Assembly: GCA_964016885.1 (NCBI GenBank)
Contig: OZ024743.1
Location: 331,452,001 to 331,516,000, forward strand
Reading direction: 5' to 3'
Length of the DNA: 64,000 bases
Source: Eledone cirrhosa
Taxonomy: Eukaryota
In this document: piece after piece, positions 12,078 to 25,442 of the stretch
How positions within the stretch are numbered: position 1 is the stretch's first letter
Layout of the letters: each line of letters starts with the position of its first letter
Made by a program: the position numbers and the translations under genes
Notes under the pieces: model-generated
The model's database searches: none
Told to the model about the DNA's origin: nothing
The model's input: only the letters and a program-made list of their open reading frames with translations

Positions 12078-12365
12078 TGGCGGCAAATTGGCAAAGTCAT
12101 TAAGACATCAGATAGAATGCATTATGGTATTCGTCCCACCTCATTGCGCGCTCTGAGTTCAAATCCCGCCATGGTCAACTTAGCCTTTCATTCTTTTGCG
12201 GTCAAAAAAAGGTACCAGTCCAGTACTGGGGTCGATTCTTCCTCTATAGAAAAAAATTGGCTGTGTTCAGACCTGGAAAGGGTTGGGCTCCACCAGGTTT
12301 AAAAGTGCCCTAGACACACCGTATGACGGTGCCTCTACGACTCCACAAGGAGTTATGCGATCTTT
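12078..12365 (+). mobile_element. tRNA-headed SINE (long-tail family)
   Basis: ggcggcaaattggc...gagttcaaatcccgcc...gcctttcatt...accag...gacctgg. Confidence 0.75.
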
Positions 12366-12530
12366 ATCTTTATATATAAGTCTAACCCATGCTAGCGTGG
12401 AAAATGGACATTAAACGAAGATGATGATGATGATGGTATATGTATATATATCACCTGACCTGACGTGCCTCAAACGGGACAGCCTGTCTAACCCATGCTA
12501 GCATGGAAAATGGACATTAACTGATGATAC

Positions 12531-12666
12531 ATAAGGAAAAAGGTAATAAAAAAAGCACCTGGTATATATATAAAAAAAGGAAGTTTATAGCATGTGCATG
12601 CTACAAAGTTCCTTTTATAATATATATATATATACCAGGTGCTTTTTTTATTATCTTTTTCCTTAT
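12531..12666. repeat. ~135-bp near-perfect palindrome (fold-back/MITE-like)
   Basis: ataaggaaaaaggtaataaaaaaagcacctggtatata...agcatg-tg-catgct...tatataccaggtgctttttttattatctttttccttat. Confidence 0.85.
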
Positions 12667-12716
12667 ATAACATGATCTGTATAGAACGTTTTCTACCGTC
12701 CACACCTTTTTTCACT

Positions 12717-12764
<48 letters not shown>

Positions 12765-12767
<3 letters not shown>

Positions 12768-13749
12768 CCGTGCTATAATCTGGTGGGCTCTTAGAAAACA
12801 AGGAGTAGATGAATGGCTTGTGAAAGCTATACAAGCCATGTATACGGGAGCAGTCAACAAAGTTAGGGTTAACAATGACTATAGCAAGGAATTTAGCAAA
12901 CAGGTTGGTGTCCACCATGGTTCTGTTCTTGGCCCTCTCCTGTTTATTATTGCAAGGTAAAACAGAGGAGTTTAAGACCAGATGCCCATGGGAACTTCTG
13001 TATGCGGATGATCTTACACTTATAGCTGAATCTATGGCGGAACTAAAGAAGAAATTCCAAACATGGAAGCAGGGATTAGAAAGAATGGGGCTCAAAGTCA
13101 ACCTGTCAAAGACTACGGTGCTTGTAAGTAGACAAGAAAACAGAACCCAGATCCCCCCAGAGAAATGCCTTGTTCAGTATGTAGGAAAAATGCATAAATG
13201 AACTGAGAGCGAGACTAAACAAGTGGAGGATGCATTGGTATGGACATGTGATGCATAAAAAGGTGCAGAGCACTAAAAGTTGATGGAAGCCGTGGAGTGG
13301 GGAGACCCAAGAAGACCTGGAACGAGGTGATAAAAGTGCACCTTGCCCAATTGCACCTCTCAACGGCGATGTCACAGGACTGTGACCACTGACGTCACGC
13401 AGTAATACAGAAGACCCAACTTCCCACGGGAAGAAGCCAAAGCCGAAGCATATAGACAATATTGCCCCACCCCCTCCCACTGCAAAGTGGTCATGGAGGT
13501 GTCACAACAAAAAAGCACCCAGCCCACACTGTAAAGTGGACGTGTAGACGCCACGGAAAAAAGGCACCCAGCACTCACTGTAAATGAGGTTGGTGTTAGG
13601 AAGGGCATCCAGCTGTAGAAATCAAGCCAGAATCAGTTCCTGTGTGAGCAAGACAAGGTGAGCCGTCCTAACATTGCCCACAACAGGAAAACCTGTCTAA
13701 CCCATGCTAGTGTGGAAGAACGGACGTAAAACAGTGATGATGATGATGA
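12765..13749 (+). mobile_element. RTE LINE subfamily A, 5'-truncated and internally deleted
   Basis: WELLYADDLTLIAES, GLKVNLSKT, then a jump to the C-terminus and 3'UTR; flanked by (TA)n. Confidence 0.9.
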
Positions 13750-13761
13750 TATATATATATT

Positions 13762-14020
13762 GTGAAGGTGCATGGCTTCATGGTTAGAGCATTGGGCTTG
13801 CAATTGATAGGTTGTAAGCTCAATTCCCAAACCATGTGGTGTATCCTTCAGCAAGATACTTTATGTCACTGGTGCCAAGCTTTATTGGCCATTGACTTTC
13901 CCTTGAACAACATCAGTGGCCAGGAGAGAGGAGACTGGTATGCATGAACGACTGATGGTCTTCCACACACAAACCTTGCCCAAGCTTATGCCTTGGAGGA
14001 AAAGCTTCTAGGTGCAAAAC
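13762..14020 (+). mobile_element. tRNA-headed SINE (same head as 25739-25988, different tail)
   Basis: gaaggtgcatggcttcatggttagagcattgggcttgcaat...cctt.agcaagatacttta. Confidence 0.7.
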
Positions 14021-14324
14021 CTCTCTCTAATATATCAATTGTATTAAAGGAAGTCTTTTTCACATGTAGCTGGTTTTTGCAACCATAAAATCAATATCAA
14101 GAGTAGACAACAGTACATTAACAATATAAACATCTTAAAATATAAAATTGAAACCAAATTAGTTATATTTATTTAAGTAAGGGTCATGAAGAGAGTGCCC
14201 TCCTCTGATTTAATTCAATGATTTGCCCCTCACCTTCTCACATACACTGTTATCTCTTGCTTTGTTAGAATACAGAATGACAAATAATAAAATACAATTA
14301 GAAGAATGTGTTTTCAGTTGATTA

Positions 14325-14980
14325 AAAGTTTACCATTTCATTACCATATTACTAATGAAAGACATTGTCAATGTCCTAAACCCCTTTGTTACGATATTTC
14401 TAATAAATGACACTACCTATATCATTAACACTTTCATTACCATAGTCCTAATGAAAGACACTGCCTACATCTTTAATCATTTCATTACCATATTTCTAAT
14501 GAAAGATACTGTCTACGTCAACCATTTTATTACCATATTTGTAATGAAAGACAGTGTCTATGTCATTAACCCTTTTGTTACCATATATCATGAAAGGCAC
14601 TACCTATGTCATTAACCCCTTCCTTACCATATTTCTAATAAAAGACACTACCTATGTAATTAACTATTAAGGCACTGTCTATGTCTTTAACCCTTTCATT
14701 GCCATATTTCTAATGAAAGACACTGTCTATGTCTTTAACCCTTTTATTACCATATTTCTAATGAAAGGCACTGCTATGTCTTTAACCCTTTCATTACCAT
14801 ATTTCTAATGAAAGACACTGTCTATGTCTTTAACCCTTTCATTACCATATTTCTAATGAAAGACACTGTCTATATCATTAACCCTTTCATTACCATATTT
14901 CTAATGAAAGACACTGTCTATGACTTTAACCCATGAAAGGGTTAATGACATAAACAGTGTCTTTCATTACCATATTTCTT
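14325..14980 (+). repeat. 48-bp satellite, with the last unit inverted
   Basis: Unit ttaaccctttcattaccatatttctaatgaaagacactgtctatgtct; inverted copy at about 14932-14968. Confidence 0.92.
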
Positions 14981-15094
14981 CTTCTCTTTCTCAGACCCAC
15001 TGACCAGGTAGTAGATAGCTAGAGATGACTAGACCAGACCTATGAGGAGATTCCCTTTCTTGAGACACTATAAATATTCCATAACTATAATTCC

Positions 15095-15332
15095 TAACCC
15101 TTTCATGACTGTATTTCTAATGAAGTACACTCTTTTAATTAATTAATGGAAAATTTTGAGGTTTTTTACTAAAATTATTAATTATTTCATTACTAAGATA
15201 GTAACTTAATGTAAGGTTCTTATATAAAATTATGTTGGAGGATTTTAATTTACATTTGAAACCTTTAAAATGGGTTGTTTTATTTCATTGAACCAGAGTT
15301 GATTTTGGCAGAGTTAGTAACAAAAAGGTTAA
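15095..15332 (+). mobile_element. piggyBac-like MITE (~240 bp)
   Basis: Termini (t)taaccctttc ... aaaaaggttaa; dispersed copies at 6097 and 55881. Confidence 0.7.
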
Positions 15333-16419
15333 ACACAAAACACATCAAAAGTTCAAAAGGAATTTTTTTTTTTTTTATATTTTGGTCACATCTGTATTTA
15401 GAAATATGATTTTTCAGAAAATTTTAAAAGTTTATTATTATTATTTACATGTTTATTTCTAAAATATTTTCAATAATTGATCAAGTGAAAATTCATTGAT
15501 GGTGAACTGAGAAAGAAAAAAAATTTTTTTTTAAAATCTAAAAAAATAAAATAAATATAATCAAAGACAAAATTGTAATTGTTAAATGAAAATTAATTGA
15601 GTAAAACACTGTCAAATAGAATCAAGCAAAAGTTACTCTTAGAAGCATCAAACCAGATTGGCTTTTCCATCTGTTTCTCTTTAAAAGCCATCATGTGGTA
15701 CAAGATTTAAAATACTGCTAGTGTTGTTTTGTTCTTTTACCTTTGCCACATAATTAACCAATGAGAAATCAGCATTGATTATTATTTCTTGTCTTGCCAC
15801 CCTAACCTTATTTTGTGACATGTTATTCCTGAGATTCTAGACTCAAATCACGTGATTCTTCCCATTTTAAAGACAGAGCCGTGTCCTGTTTTTTCCTCTT
15901 CTTTAGAGCATTAATATTTCTTGTCTTGCCACCATAACCTTATTTTGAGACATGTTAGCATTAACCTTTTGATACCAAATTACCTGAAGCCACCCCAGGT
16001 TCTGCAAAACAAATGCTGGCATTGTGCCAAAAGTAGAAACAATTATTTTAAAGTGCTTATAATTTTCTAAAAAGAATCCATCATAATTTTATTCAAAAAC
16101 CTTTGTCGAGTTATGTTCCAAACACCAGCTTAATAATGTTTTTCAAGAACAGGACCTTAGGTACTTTAACCTGAACTTGTCTTTAGATGTCACCTCTGTT
16201 TTACAGATTGACATAGGCCTATGCAGGGATTTTAGTAAGTGTAGGCCTCCATTCATACATTACTTTTAATTTTTATTAAGTTTCTTGCAAGCAGGTACTG
16301 TGTACCCCAAATGTTCAATAGTTAAGGGACCCTAGTCACTTTAAACTGTCCCTGAACTCAATGGCCATTCATTCAGACTTGTATGATACATAAATAGTTG
16401 TAGCTGCTCCTGTCTAATC

Positions 16420-16860
16420 CTCCACACATGGAATCCAAGGCAGCATGGAAAAATAGCTGTAGTCATCCATTCATAGAAAACTTGCCAAAAAAGGGTTGAA
16501 AAGGCCCTTCAGTTATGTTAAAGACATGATAATCTCCCTAGTCTTGGTGCAACAACAAAATGCACCCAGTACACTCTGTAAAGTGGTTGGTGATAGGAAG
16601 AGCATCCTTCCATAGAAAACTTGTGAAACAAAGGGTTGAAAGGCATCTTCAGTCAAGTCACAGCCATGATGACCTCCCTAGTGCTGGTGCCATGATAAAA
16701 TGCATCCGGTCCCCTCTATGAAGTGTAAACACGTTTGTAAAAAAAGATGCAGCCCAAAATCTGTCTAAACCAGTAACTCTAAGTACTGACTTGATCTGTG
16801 ACAACGACTCCAATCCTTGTTAGCAGGGAAAGTAGACATTAAATGATGATGATGATATTG
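16420..16860 (+). mobile_element. Degenerate SINE/RTE tail with internal tandem repeats
   Basis: gtgctggtgcca...aaatgcacccagtacactctgtaaagtggttgg...aggaagagcatcc, ending gacattaaatgatgat. Confidence 0.6.
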
Positions 16861-16959
16861 ATAATGATGAGGAGTAGGAGGTGGTGGAAGAGGAAATATA
16901 ACACTGTGACTTCAATTGATATCTTAAAGTTGAGTTTTCAGATCATTGAAGATAAATAT

Positions 16960-17069
16960 ATAAATACACACACACACATATATAAACATACATAATCACA
17001 TTTATCCATCCATATATATATATACACACACACACATATATACACATACATAATCACATCTATCCATCC

Positions 17070-17102
<33 letters not shown>

Positions 17103-17321
17103 TATATATACACATACATAATCACATCTATCCATCCATATATATATATATACACACACACACATATATATACACATACATAATCACATCTATCCATCCA
17201 TATATATATATATACACACACACATATATATATACACATACATAATCACATCTATCCATCCATATATATATATACACACACACACACATATATACACATA
17301 CATAATCACAGCTATCCATCC

Positions 17322-17356
<35 letters not shown>

Positions 17357-17365
17357 AACACATAC
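16960..17365. repeat. ~58-bp compound minisatellite
   Basis: About 7 units of cataatcacatctatccatcca(ta)n(ca)n. Confidence 0.9.
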
Positions 17366-17367
17366 GT

Positions 17368-17810
17368 GTACGACTAGTCAGTTAAGGCATTCGCTATGCA
17401 ACTACATGGTTTTGAGGTTCAGTCCCACTATGTGAAACCTTGGACAAGTATCTTCTAATATAACCTGGGGTTGATCAATGTCTTGTATACCCTGTAAGGG
17501 GGTTAGTGTTGAAACAGTAGTAATGTACAGTAGAGAGGTCACTTTAATCATGTCAAGGGCATGACAACTTCACTAGTGTTGGTGTCATGATCAAATACAC
17601 CCAGTACACTCTGTAAAGTGTCTAGTATTTCAACAATAATGTACAGCAGACAGAACACTTCCAACATGTCAAGGACATGAAAACCTCTTTAGAGCTGGTG
17701 CCATGATGAAATGCACCCAGTACACTCTGTAAAATGGTTGACATCCAGTTGTAGAAACCATACCAAAACTGGAACGTATGAGCAAGACATGGTCACCAAT
17801 CCATCATGTT
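17368..17810 (+). mobile_element. tRNA-headed SINE with RTE-like tail (degenerate)
   Basis: ggttcagtcccact..gtg..accttggacaagtatcttcta core; tail cacccagtacactctgtaaa. Confidence 0.6.
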
Positions 17811-17879
17811 CATTTTATGTCTGATTAAATATTGATTTGAACCAGAACAACTTATGTCTGCAAAGAACACCAGATGAAA

Positions 17880-18140
17880 AGTGATGATGATGGCAATGCT
17901 GCAGATGATGGTGGTGGTAGTGGGTGTGGTAGTGGTGGGAATAGTGATGGTGGTGGTAGTGGTGGTGGTGGGAATAGTGGTGGTGGTGGTGGTGGTTGGA
18001 ATAGTGGTGGTGGTGATAGTGGTAGTGATGATGGTGGTGGTGGTGGTAGTGGTGGTGATAGTGGTGGTGGTAGTGGTGGTTGTGGTGGTAGTGGTGGTAG
18101 TGGTGCAGTTGTAGTGATTGTAATGGTGGTATATGGTGTT
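17880..18140. repeat. (GGT/AGT)n microsatellite
   Basis: Directly visible; source of the spurious Gly/Pro/His ORFs. Confidence 0.95.
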
Positions 18141-19046
18141 GACATGTGCAGTTCAGAATATTAACATAGAGATAGTGCATGATGCTATGCGCAGTGAAGC
18201 ATGTTAATGCAGAGATAGTGCATACTGTTGTTTACATGTGCAGTTAAGAACATTAACAGCAAGGTGGTGCATGATGTATTTCTGTGCAGTTAAGATTAAT
18301 TCTGTTAAATTATTGATATTATTAGCTGCAACAAGCTAGAGAGACCCCATTACAGTCTGACATTGCAGGGAGTGGTTTTATGAATAAACATCAAAATTGT
18401 TGTAATCTTCAGTTGACAGCTGATAACAGCACAACCTCACTCATCAGTACAGCTATGTAGGGACAGATGTTTGTGGGTAATAGCAGCTTAAAACACACTG
18501 TTTAGGTGTAGGTGGGGTGGCTGGGTGTATATATGTGTAGATGTGTGTGTATGTATGTGTAGATGTGTATATGTATGTGTGTACATAGTGTGTGTGTATG
18601 TATGTGTAGATGTGTATATGTATGTGTGTACATATGTGTGTGTGTATGTATGTGTGTACATAAGTACCTGTGTCCATGTTTTCCATGTTTGTGTGTATGT
18701 GTGTTGTGTACATGTGTGTGTGTGTGTGTGTGTATGAATATGCATGTATTTGTGTGTGTGTGCATGCATATATGCATGTGCGTACATGTCTACATGTGTG
18801 TGTATATATATGCGTGTGTTTGTATGTGTACATGTGTGTGTACATATATATGTGGGAGGGGTAAGTCACATACTTCTGTTTTAAATATCTTAATACACAT
18901 ATAAGTCTCTCTCTCCCTTTCCCCTTCACACTACATCCTTGAAATGGTTTTAGTTTGACCAAAGGGTTTACATATAATATCTACACTCTACTTTCCTTAA
19001 AGTATGGAGTATTAAGTTGAATAAGGGTCTTACTAGTCTCAATTTG

Positions 19047-19117
<71 letters not shown>

Positions 19118-19120
<3 letters not shown>

Positions 19121-20365
19121 TCATCATCATCATCAACGTTTAACGTCCGTGTTCCACGCTTGCATGGGTTTGGACGGGGGTAGTCCCACTTGAGGCAAGA
19201 GTGATTGTCTTGCTCGCATAGGACTGTCTGGCGGGTTTTCTACGGCTGGATGCCCTTCCTAACACCAACCACATTTACAGTGTGGGTCTGGGAGGTTTTT
19301 ACCGTGTTGCCTACACGGCCACATTACAGCGTGGACTGTGTGTTTTTTTGTCGTGACACCTACACGATCTCATTTGTTTTGGCCCGGATGGCGCGGCACC
19401 AACATAACTGTACATAGAACGGGGTGGTGTGGATGGGGTGGGGGTGGTGGGACGGGGGTGTATTTTGTTAGAGATGCCTACTGGCTGTAGTAGGTTTTAC
19501 TATGTATTTAGGTAAGGCGGGTCTTCTCTGTTACTGAGTACCGCCAAAGGTCTCGGTCCAGTGACATTGTCTTGGAGAGGTGTAAGTGTGTGAGGTCGGA
19601 GTTTATCAGCTCGTCCCAGGTTTTTCTAGGTCTGCCTATTCCGTGGCTACCGTCTATCTTTATTGCTCTGCACTTTGTTATACAGCTATCGACTTTCATG
19701 CGCATCACGTGTCCATACCAACGTAGCCTTCTCTCGAGTAAACAACATCTGATCCCTCTTATTTCTAATTTTTTCCTTAGTTCGTTTATGCTTTGCCGTT
19801 CACGTATATTACTGTTACACATCCAGCGGAGCATGCAAGCTTCGTTCCTCTAGTCTGCGTATATCCTCTTCACACAATGCCCAGGTCTCACTGCCATGCA
19901 ACATTGCTGTTCGTATGCAGGCATCATACAAACTGCCTTTCATTTTTAGGGAGAACCCTTTAGCAGCTAATAGTGGTATAAGCTCTCTGAACTTTTTCCA
20001 ACCAGTTCTGACTCTAGCTACTGTACTTTCAGAGCATCCTCCCCCACTGCTGATTTTGTCACCCAGGTAACGGAAGCTGTCCACTATTTCTATAGAACCC
20101 TCTGCGCAATTGAAAGAGCTAGTATTTGTGGGCACTTGCTGCTACTTATTGCACCAGAGCACCGGCCACATGTAAAATCTATGTTCTTAGTTAGCTTACC
20201 TGTGATCCCACTACATCTTTTATGCACCCATACTTTGCATTTGGGACATAAAATGGAGTTTCTACCTACGCCTTTCCTACACACTGAGCATGGCCATTTC
20301 CCAGAAGGGACCGCCGCCTTATTTTCTTTCCTACAAACTAGAACTTTAGTCTTAGCCAGGTTAAT
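19118..20365 (-). mobile_element. RTE LINE subfamily B, 5'-truncated (PHD finger, RT C-terminus, 3'UTR)
   Basis: Frameshifted ORFs 20090-20410, 19815-20135 and 19508-19834; (TA)n on both sides. Confidence 0.92.
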
Positions 20366-20422
20366 TATATATATATATATATATACACACTTACATATAC
20401 ACACACACACATATATATATAT

Positions 20423-20655
20423 ATCATCATCACCGTTTTATGTCCGTTCTTCCACGCTGGCATGGGTTAGACGGGTTGTCCTGTTGTGGGCAGTGTCCGG
20501 TCGGCTGACCATGCCTTGCTCATACGGGAACTGATTCTGGCTTGATTTCTACAGCTGGATGCCCTTCCTAACACCAACCTCAGTGAGTGCTGGGTGCTTT
20601 TTTTCCATGGTGCCTATACGTCCACTTTACAGTGTTGGCTGGGTGCTTTTTTCTG
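20423..20655 (-). mobile_element. RTE subfamily A 3'UTR fragment
   Basis: Reverse complement of the 46960-47190 tail. Confidence 0.85.
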
Positions 20656-20675
20656 TAGACCCATATATATTATAT

Positions 20676-20713
<38 letters not shown>

Positions 20714-21149
20714 TTAGATGCATATGTGTGTGTACATGTGTATATATCATCATCATCACTGCAAACTATTTTAAACAATTGTATCATGTACAGTCATGTC
20801 AGGCTTCTGCCTGCTACTGGTACCATGTAATCCAATACAACCTGCTTTATGGTTGAGTAGTCAGTGACTGAACCAAACCAGATCCTCCACCGGACCCTGG
20901 TCTGGTGGAGGATGGCAAGTGGAACCCCAACAACACAAACAAATAAGTGCTGTTAAAAGAGGGTAGATGAACTCCTGAGAGTCAACCACCAGCCACCCCA
21001 ACTCTGGGTTAAATAGCTTCACTAACCCATAATTGGCCAGCTAGACTGTTGACATAACCAAAACCAAACAGAAAGTGGTGAAGGTCAACCAGGGAGAGGT
21101 TCATCCAACAGGAGTGAGAAGGCCCTGGATTGGATTGGATATGTATATA

Positions 21150-21340
21150 TCATTCTAAACACAAGGTCAGAAATATGGGGAGAGAGGTTAGTTGACCATA
21201 CCCAGTATTTGGCTGTTTGTTTTTTATTTTCTCGACCCTGGGAGGATGAAAGGTAAAGCTGACCTCGGTGGGATATGAACTGAAAATGAAAAATGTTAGA
21301 TCAAATGCCAGAAAACATAAATGTTCTGAGTCATTAGTTG
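21150..21340 (-). mobile_element. tRNA-headed SINE (short-tail family, diverged)
   Basis: Reverse complement of acctttcatcctcccagggtcgagaaaat. Confidence 0.6.
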
Positions 21341-21451
21341 ACAAAGCTACAGTTTTATATAGAATTTCTATAAAAACCAGATGACTGTCTTACAACACAT
21401 GGTTGCAATATACCCATATTAAAAAAACAGGACAAACAGACACACACACAG

Positions 21452-21686
21452 ACTGGGTTGGATTTAGACCTTAGGAGGCATGGGGCAATTCAGGTTTGGA
21501 AGGGCCCCCACATACAAAAAAAATTAGAATACATAGAACCCCCCCCCCCCTCCATTTTACATATTAGCTTGGTGCAAGTAATTGGAATTGAAAAGATATA
21601 AATACAGGTATTAGATTTTTAAAATTTAACTATCCTAAATAAATTGCTACAGCCATCGCTGGAGCCACCATTAAATCCGGCTCTGG
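21452..21686. mobile_element. hAT-like MITE
   Basis: Imperfect TIRs ctgggttggattta / taaatccggctctg (CAGGGCCGGATTTA type). Confidence 0.5.
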
Positions 21687-21897
21687 ACACACACATTTAT
21701 ATATGCACTTTGTAAAGAGGGACATCCAGCTGTAGGAACCATGCAGAAATATATAAGACATGGCTATCTATTCATGTCTTGTCTCAGACCATCACAGTGT
21801 CCAACAGATATAAGATGATGATGATGATGGTGTTGAAGATGATGGTGATGATGATGGTGATGATGATGGTGATGGTGATAGTGCGTGTGATGATGAT

Positions 21898-21928
<31 letters not shown>

Positions 21929-22177
21929 CTCTCATACATACACACTCATATACACACATGCAAACATACACAAAAAGGCACTCTCATACAGACACACACA
22001 CACACACACAAGCTTAAATCTCCAACTGCTTCATGGCCAGTTTTCCATGCTGGTACATGGGTTGGACAGTTTGTCACCTTCTGAGACCCTGACAGCTCAA
22101 CTGAATCAGCCTTGCCTATACAATGTATTTTGGCAGAGTTTCTCAGCTGAATGGCCTTCCTAATGCCAACCAGCTTT

Positions 22178-22935
22178 TAAAGAGTACATCAAACTGTAAT
22201 CAGTACTTAATATATTAAGAGTACATCAAACTCTAGCCAGTAGTCGTAGTTAATATATTAAGAGCACATCAAACTGTAACCAGTAGTTAATATATTAAGA
22301 ATACATCAAGTTATAACCAATAGTAGTTATATTAAAAGTACATCAAGTTATAACCAATAGTAGTTACATTAAGAGTACATCAAACTGTAACCAGTAGTTA
22401 ATATATTAAGAGTACATCAAGTTATAACCAATAGTAGTTATATTAAAAGTACATCAAACTGTAACCAATAGTAGTTACATTAAGAGTACATCAAACTGTA
22501 ACCAGTAGTTAATATATTAAGAGTACATCAAGTTATAACCAATAGTAGTTACATTAAAAGTACATCAAACTGTAACCAATAGTAGTTACATTAAGAGTAC
22601 ATCAAACTGTAACCAGAAGTTAATGTATTAAGAGTACATCAAGTTATAACCAATAGTAGTTATATTAAAAGTACATCAAACTGTAACCAGAAGTTAATGT
22701 ATTAAGAGTACATCAAGTTATAACCTACAGTTATATATAAAAAGTACATAAAGTTGTAACCAGTATTTATTATATTAACCAGTATTTATGATATTAAGAG
22801 AACATCAAGCTATAACCAATATTTACTATTATATTACGAGTACATCAAGCTGTAAAGAGTAGTTAATATATTAAAAGTACATCAAGCTGTAAACAGTATT
22901 TATTGTAACACTAATCAATTTAAAGTACATTAAAG
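22178..22935. repeat. ~35-bp satellite with variant alternation
   Basis: About 21 units of ttaagagtacatcaaactgtaaccagtagttaatata / ttaaaagtacatcaagttataaccaatagtagtta. Confidence 0.92.
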
Positions 22936-23379
22936 TCTGTTCCATCACAGACTGGTACTATTCATTGACAGATGGAGTGACATTCTTAACTGCATGGTGT
23001 AGTAGAATAAACACCACCCACTCTCTCCAATATACCCACTCTCTCCATCTTAAGCTAATGTATACATATACAAATAACAGACACATACAAGACACATTCA
23101 TGAATACACACATATACATGCAGCACACACATATATACACACAGTGAATACAAACGCAACATATATACAAACACCACATGTACTACACATATACACACAC
23201 CATATGCACGACACACATACATATGCACCACACACACACACATGCACCACACACACCACACATGTTTAAGCAGACACAGGTGCAATAATAATTTTAAAAT
23301 GTCTTTAAATGGTTTCCAGCTAAGATTTTCAATGACACAGAATAAAGAAAAATAATATCTTGTTCTCTGTATCTGCTGT

Positions 23380-24680
23380 TTTAACCCTTTCTTTACCATG
23401 CTTCTCATGAAAGACACTACCTATGTTTTTAACCCTTTTCTTACCATATTTCTAATGAAAGACACTGTCTATGTCTTTAACACTTTCACTACCATATTTC
23501 TCATAAAAGACACTACCTATCTCTTTAACACTTTCATTACCATATTCCCAATAAAAGACACTATGTCATTAACCCTTTCATTACCATATTTCTAATGAAA
23601 GACACTACCTATGTCTTTAACCTTTTCATTACCTTATTTCTAATGAAAGACACTGTCTATGTCATTAACCCTTTCATTACCATATTTCTAATGAAAGACA
23701 CTACCTATGTCTTTAACCCTTTCATTGCCTTATTTCTAATGAAAGACACTGTCTATGTCATTAACCCTTTCACTACCATATTTCTAATGAAAGACACTGT
23801 CTATGTCATTAACCCTTTCATTACCTTATTTCTAATGAAAGACACTGTCTATGTCATTAACCCTTTCATTACCATATTTCTAATGTAAGACACTGTCTAT
23901 GTCATTAACCCTTTCATTACCATATTTCTAATGAAAGACACTACCTATGTCTTTAACCTTTTCATTACCTTATTTCTAATGAAAGACACTGTCTATGTCA
24001 TTAACCCTTTCATTACCATATTTCTAATGAAAGACACTACCTATGTCTTTAACCCTTTCATTGCCTTATTTCTAATGAAAGACACTGTCTATGTCATTAA
24101 CCCTTTCACTACCATATTTCTAATGAAAGACACTGTCTATGTCATTAACCCTTTCATTACCTTATTTCTAATGAAAGACACTGTCTATGTCATTAACCCT
24201 TTCATTACCATATTTCTAATGTAAGACACTGTCTATGTCATTAACCCTTTCATTACCATATTTCTAATGAAAGACACTACCTATGTCTTTAACCTTTTCA
24301 TTACCATATTTCTAATGAAAGACACTATGTCTTTTACCTTTTCATTACCATATTTCTAATGAAAGACATTGTCTATGTCATTAACCTTTTCATTACCATA
24401 TTTCTAATGAAAGACACTACCTATGTCTTTAACCTTTTCATTACCATATTTCTAATGAAAGACACTATGTCTTTTACCTTTTCATTACCATATTTCTAAT
24501 GTAAGACACTGACTATGTCATTAACCCTTTAATTACCATATTTCTAATTAAATGCAATCAATGTCATTAATCCTTTCATTACCACATTTCTAATTAAAGA
24601 CACTGTGACATTAACCCTTTTCTTACCATATTTCTAATGAAATGCAGTCTATGATTTCCGATTAATTTTCAAAATAGATC
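23380..24680 (+). repeat. 48-bp satellite with a 336-bp (7-mer) higher-order repeat
   Basis: Same unit as 14325-14980; ORFs 23595-23888 and 23931-24224 are identical at a 336-bp offset. Confidence 0.95.
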
Positions 24681-24769
24681 CTACATTGATCTACACCATT
24701 TGAAACTGAACATCAACTATATCAGTCCCACCAGTCCATGTGATATCATATGGCACTATATATTATCTG

Positions 24770-25280
24770 ATGTTAAAATATAATATATGATGTCACACTA
24801 CGACATCTTATGTCACTATGATATCTCATGTCACTATGATATCTGTCAAATTATGATATATCATATTATATTATGATATATCATGTCAATATATGATATC
24901 TTATGTTACCTTATGACATCTTACGTCACATTATGACATCTCATGTCACATTATGACATCTCATGTCACATTATGACATCTCATGTCACTAGATGATAGT
25001 TCATGTCACATTATGATACCTCATGTCACATTATCATACCTTATGTCACTATTTGATATCTCATGTCACTATATGATATCTCATGTCTTTATATGATACC
25101 TTATGTCATTATATTATATCTCATATCACTATACAACTTGTCACTATATGACATCTGATGTCACTATATTCCATGTCACAATATCTTACGTCACTATATC
25201 TCATATCACTATATTATGTATGGTATAACTATATGATATGATGTTACTATATTATATCTTATCTCACTAATATCTAATGC
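24770..25280. repeat. ~20-bp self-complementary minisatellite
   Basis: tcatgtcacattatgacatc units. Confidence 0.85.
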
Positions 25281-25442
25281 TACAATAGCCATATCCCACA
25301 CCAATATACAGTATCCCTCATATCTATATAATATCCCCTAACACAATATGTTATCCAATAACTGAAACAGTATCTTGCCTGATTTTCTATTTCCCTTTAA
25401 CAATTTCTTGCTCTTGTCTATTTCTTTTATTTTATTTCATGA

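Noticed and set aside
22178-22935. Regularly spaced ~35-bp repeats resembling a CRISPR array
   Set aside because: No unique spacers, no cas genes and a eukaryotic context; it is a satellite
23398-24224. ORFs with a 16-aa repeat (MKDTVYVINPFITIFL)
   Set aside because: Artefact of a 48-bp satellite unit divisible by three
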